A stretch of 64,000 nucleotides of DNA from an uncultured Planctomycetota bacterium. Lineage in GTDB: Bacteria; Planctomycetota; Planctomycetia; Gemmatales; Gemmataceae. The stretch lies in the NCBI GenBank assembly GCA_963849325.1, contig CAWKHF010000012.1, forward strand, positions 608,001 through 672,000, in the 5' to 3' direction. How positions within the stretch are numbered: the first letter of the stretch is position 1; every line of letters starts with the position of its first letter. Below the pieces are notes generated by a model. That model searched no databases. It worked only from the letters and a program-made list of their open reading frames with translations, and was not told the origin of the DNA. Made by a program: the position numbers and the translations under genes. Positions 61,222 to 64,000 of this stretch are shown here, in pieces.

Positions 61222-62461
61222 ATGACCGCCAATCGTCGTGACTTCTTGAAAACGTCGCTGGCCGGCGCGGGCCTGGTCAGCTGGAGCCTCAGCGCGCCCG
61301 GCTTCCTCAGCCGAACCGCGGCGGCCGCCCCCGAGGCCGGCAAGCCTGGCGCCAAAGACACCATCCTCGTCGTCATCGAGCTGACCGGCGGCAACGACGG
61401 CCTGAACACGGTCATTCCCTTCAAAGATCCGGAATACGCCAAACTGCGGCCGACGCTGCGCCAACCGGAGGCGCAGATCAAGAAGATCAACGACCATCTC
61501 GGTCTGCATCCGTCGATGGGCGGCCTGGCTGATCTGCTGCAAGACAACGCCCTGTGCGTCGTCCAAGGCGTCGGCTACCCCAACCCCAACCAGTCGCACT
61601 TCCGTTCGATGGACATCTGGCAGACGGCCAGCGCGGCGGAGGACGTCCGCGAAGGCTGGCTCGGCAAGGCGCTCAAGGGTCTACCCGGCGCGCCGTCGTT
61701 CCACCTGAAGAACAACAACGAGCCGTCGCCCCTGGCCCTGGACGGCGCTCCGGCGCGGGTGCCGTCGATCAAGACGCTGGAGGAGTTTCAGCTCCAGGTG
61801 GCCGCCGCCAGCGGCGCCGACAAGAGAGAGCAGCGCACCGTCATCGAGGGGGCGGCCCAGGCCAGGGGCGGACCCGGCTTGCTCGATTTCGTGCAGCGTA
61901 CCGCGTCGAATACCTACGCCAGCAGCCGGCGCTTGCAGGAGATCGGCCGGAACTACAAGCCGAAGGTGACCTATCCGAATACGCCGTTGGCCGGCCGTCT
62001 CAAGCTGGCGGCCCAACTCATCGACGCCGGCCTAGGCGCTGCGTCTCTTCTATGTGGCCCACGGCAATTTCGATACGCACGCCGGGCAAGCGCCGGCCCA
62101 CATGAACCTGCTGGGGCAACTGTCTGCCGCCGTCACCGCCTTCTTCAAGGACGTGGCGGCGCGCGGCCACCGCGACCGCGTGCTGGTCATGACTTTCTCT
62201 GAGTTCGGGCGCCGTGCCAAGGAGAACGGCAGCAAGGGCACCGATCACGGCTCGGCCGCGCCGATGCTGCTGATCGGCGGCCGCGTCAAGGCCGGAACGG
62301 TCGGCGAACATCCGAGCCTGAGCAAGCTCGAACTGGGCAATCTGAAACATCACACCGACTTCCGCCAGGTGTACGCCGCCATCCTCGACAAGTGGCTCGG
62401 CACTCCCAGCAAGGACGTGCTCGGCGGCGAGTTCAAGCACGTGGACATTTTCAAGAGCTGA
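61222..62461 (+). CDS. DUF1501 domain protein (Tat signal); frameshift near 62040
   Basis: NRRDFLK, LTGGNDGLNTVIP, SHFRSMDIW, FDTHAGQ, FSEFGRR..GTDHG. Confidence 0.92.
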
Positions 62462-62599
62462 TCGCGCGCGAGATCCTGTCCGAGCCCGCAGCGTCAGCGA
62501 GGGACATCCCTCGCTGACGCTGCGGGCGCCGAAAGATCGTCTACTCTTCTCTCCTCGGCCTCCACGTCAGCCCACCCTGCTTCCCTGAATATCTTGTCA

Positions 62600-62615
62600 T
62601 GGCAGCGTTTTTGCA
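62600..62615 (+). promoter_or_regulatory. Putative sigma54 promoter
   Basis: TGGCAGCGTTTTTGCA (GG-N10-GC). Confidence 0.4.
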
Positions 62616-62855
62616 TGAAGGATGCCGAGCCTCGCCGCGACGGGGAAGGATCCACAGGTTCGGTCGTGGGCGGAGTCTGAGTGGTCCCACGGTCGGGCCG
62701 GAGTTTCCCGTTGCTCCGCGGCCCAAAAAGAGTATGCTGACAGCGCCGGCGAAGTGAATCGCCTCTTGAGGAAATGATGCCCGCCGCCTGGCCAACCGGC
62801 CGTGTCCCGCGCTGAAACAGCGGCCGAGGCGGTGCGCAGAACGTGAGGCATCCGG

Positions 62856-63554
62856 ATGCACATCTGGGTTGAGTGCGGAAACTTCTTCCGCGAGTGTCGG
62901 CGGCACTTCCATACCACGGGAGCGATCTTGCCCAGCAGTCGTTTTCTGGCCCGAGCCTTGGCTCGTCCCTTGCGCAGCTCGCGGACGCCGTGCCGCATCC
63001 TCGAAGTCGGTCCCGGCACCGGCTCGGTAACGTGCGAGATCGTCCGCCGTATGCTGCCGGGCGATCGACTCGACGCCGTGGAGGTCAACGGCCACTTCGT
63101 CGCCCTGCTGGAGCGCCGGCTGCGCCAGGAGCGTGTCTTCGCCCTCCACCGCGATCAGGTCGAGGTCATCCACGCGGCCGTGCAGGATCTGATCGGCAAC
63201 GCTGTCTACGACTTCATCGTTTCGGGCCTGCCGTTGAACAACTTCCCGGCCCACGAAGTGCGCGACATTTTCGCCACCTATAGCCGTCTGCTCAAACCGG
63301 GCGGCACGCTGACGTATTACGAGTACACGCTGGTGCGCCAGCTGAAGTCACCATTCGTCGATCGCCGCGAGCGCCGCCGCCTGTTCCGCGTCGGCCGCGT
63401 CATGCGCGGCTACATCCGGGATTACCAGGTCCGCCGCGAGCGGATCTTCATCAACCTGCCGCCCGCGACCGTGCGTCACCTGCGCTTCACGCCGGGGATG
63501 ACTCGGCCCGTGGCGGGAGTGATCGAACACCCTTCGAGCGTCCTGCACCGCTGA
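62856..63554 (+). CDS. SAM-dependent methyltransferase, phospholipid N-methyltransferase-like
   Basis: TGAILPSSRFLA, ILEVGPGTG, IVSGLPL, NLPPATV. Confidence 0.85.
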   Translation: MHIWVECGNFFRECRRHFHTTGAILPSSRFLARALARPLRSSRTPCRILEVGPGTGSVTCEIVRRMLPGDRLDAVEVNGHFVALLERRLRQERVFALHRDQVEVIHAAVQDLIGNAVYDFIVSGLPLNNFPAHEVRDIFATYSRLLKPGGTLTYYEYTLVRQLKSPFVDRRERRRLFRVGRVMRGYIRDYQVRRERIFINLPPATVRHLRFTPGMTRPVAGVIEHPSSVLHR

Positions 63555-63713
63555 TACATCGTTGTCTGCGAACCTTTCTCGTTTAGCCGCGGCGCGCAGC
63601 GGAGCGCGTCTCGCGCTCCGCTGCGCGTCGCGGCGAAACGACCGGAGCAGAAGCCCTGAGTCGGCCAATGGAGTCGGCCGGCGTCCTATCTCGTGGAACG
63701 GAGGGAGCCGTTG

Positions 63714-64000
63714 ATGAATCGTCGCTTGCTAAGCGCCTGCCTGGGCGCCGTGCTGATGGTTGTGCTGTCCATGCCAGCCCGCCTCGCCGCCAAGCCGCCC
63801 GACCTGCCCATGAACGAGACCAACACCGTGACGCCGCGCGTCGATGCGGAGGCCGAGGAACCGGCCGAACCGCCACTGTCCGGAGGCGCGATCGTCTCCG
63901 GATCGGCTCGGGAATCAGTAGCCCCGGATATTCTGAATTGGGTTCGGCAGCATTCGACAGCCACGCCGATGCGCGCGCACCCGTTGCTCTCCGATGTTCA
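63714..64000 (+). CDS. Secreted hypothetical protein (runs off window end)
   Basis: GGAGGGAG RBS; MNRRLLSACLGAVLMVVLSMPARLAAKPPDLP signal peptide. Confidence 0.65.
   Translation, partial: MNRRLLSACLGAVLMVVLSMPARLAAKPPDLPMNETNTVTPRVDAEAEEPAEPPLSGGAIVSGSARESVAPDILNWVRQHSTATPMRAHPLLSDV

Overview
High-GC bacterial DNA, very probably from a Planctomycete (Gemmataceae-like). This rests on DUF1559 pilin-like genes, DUF1501/DUF1800, DUF1571, a sulfatase, an ECF sigma factor with a C-terminal TM extension and dense palindromic repeats. About 50 CDSs are present, including prpB/prpC, efp, trpE, pabB, ispH, mutS2, ggt, hemP, an MlaE permease, a MoxR/DUF58 cluster and two PIN-type toxin-antitoxin pairs. 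There is one tRNA-Arg(UCU) and one complete IS4-family element with 19-bp TIRs and an 11-bp TSD. At least 15 genes carry single-base frameshifts, most likely long-read assembly errors. The most striking locus is 34111-34715 (minus strand). A sigma70-like promoter precedes a tRNA-mimic leader: a tetraloop-closed acceptor-like stem, a D-arm, and an anticodon-like arm that contains the Shine-Dalgarno sequence. The leader precedes an intron-less I-Ssp6803I-like PD-(D/E)XK endonuclease whose reading frame runs through an entire intact tRNA-Arg(UCU) gene. Other candidates are a P1B-ATPase-SPFH fusion with HflC/HflK partners, a low-GC HEPN-like gene, an attC-remnant cassette pair (TA plus reader-HNH), a ~65-nt sRNA, and repeats recruited into coding sequence. 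All family assignments come from motif recognition by eye; no database search was run.
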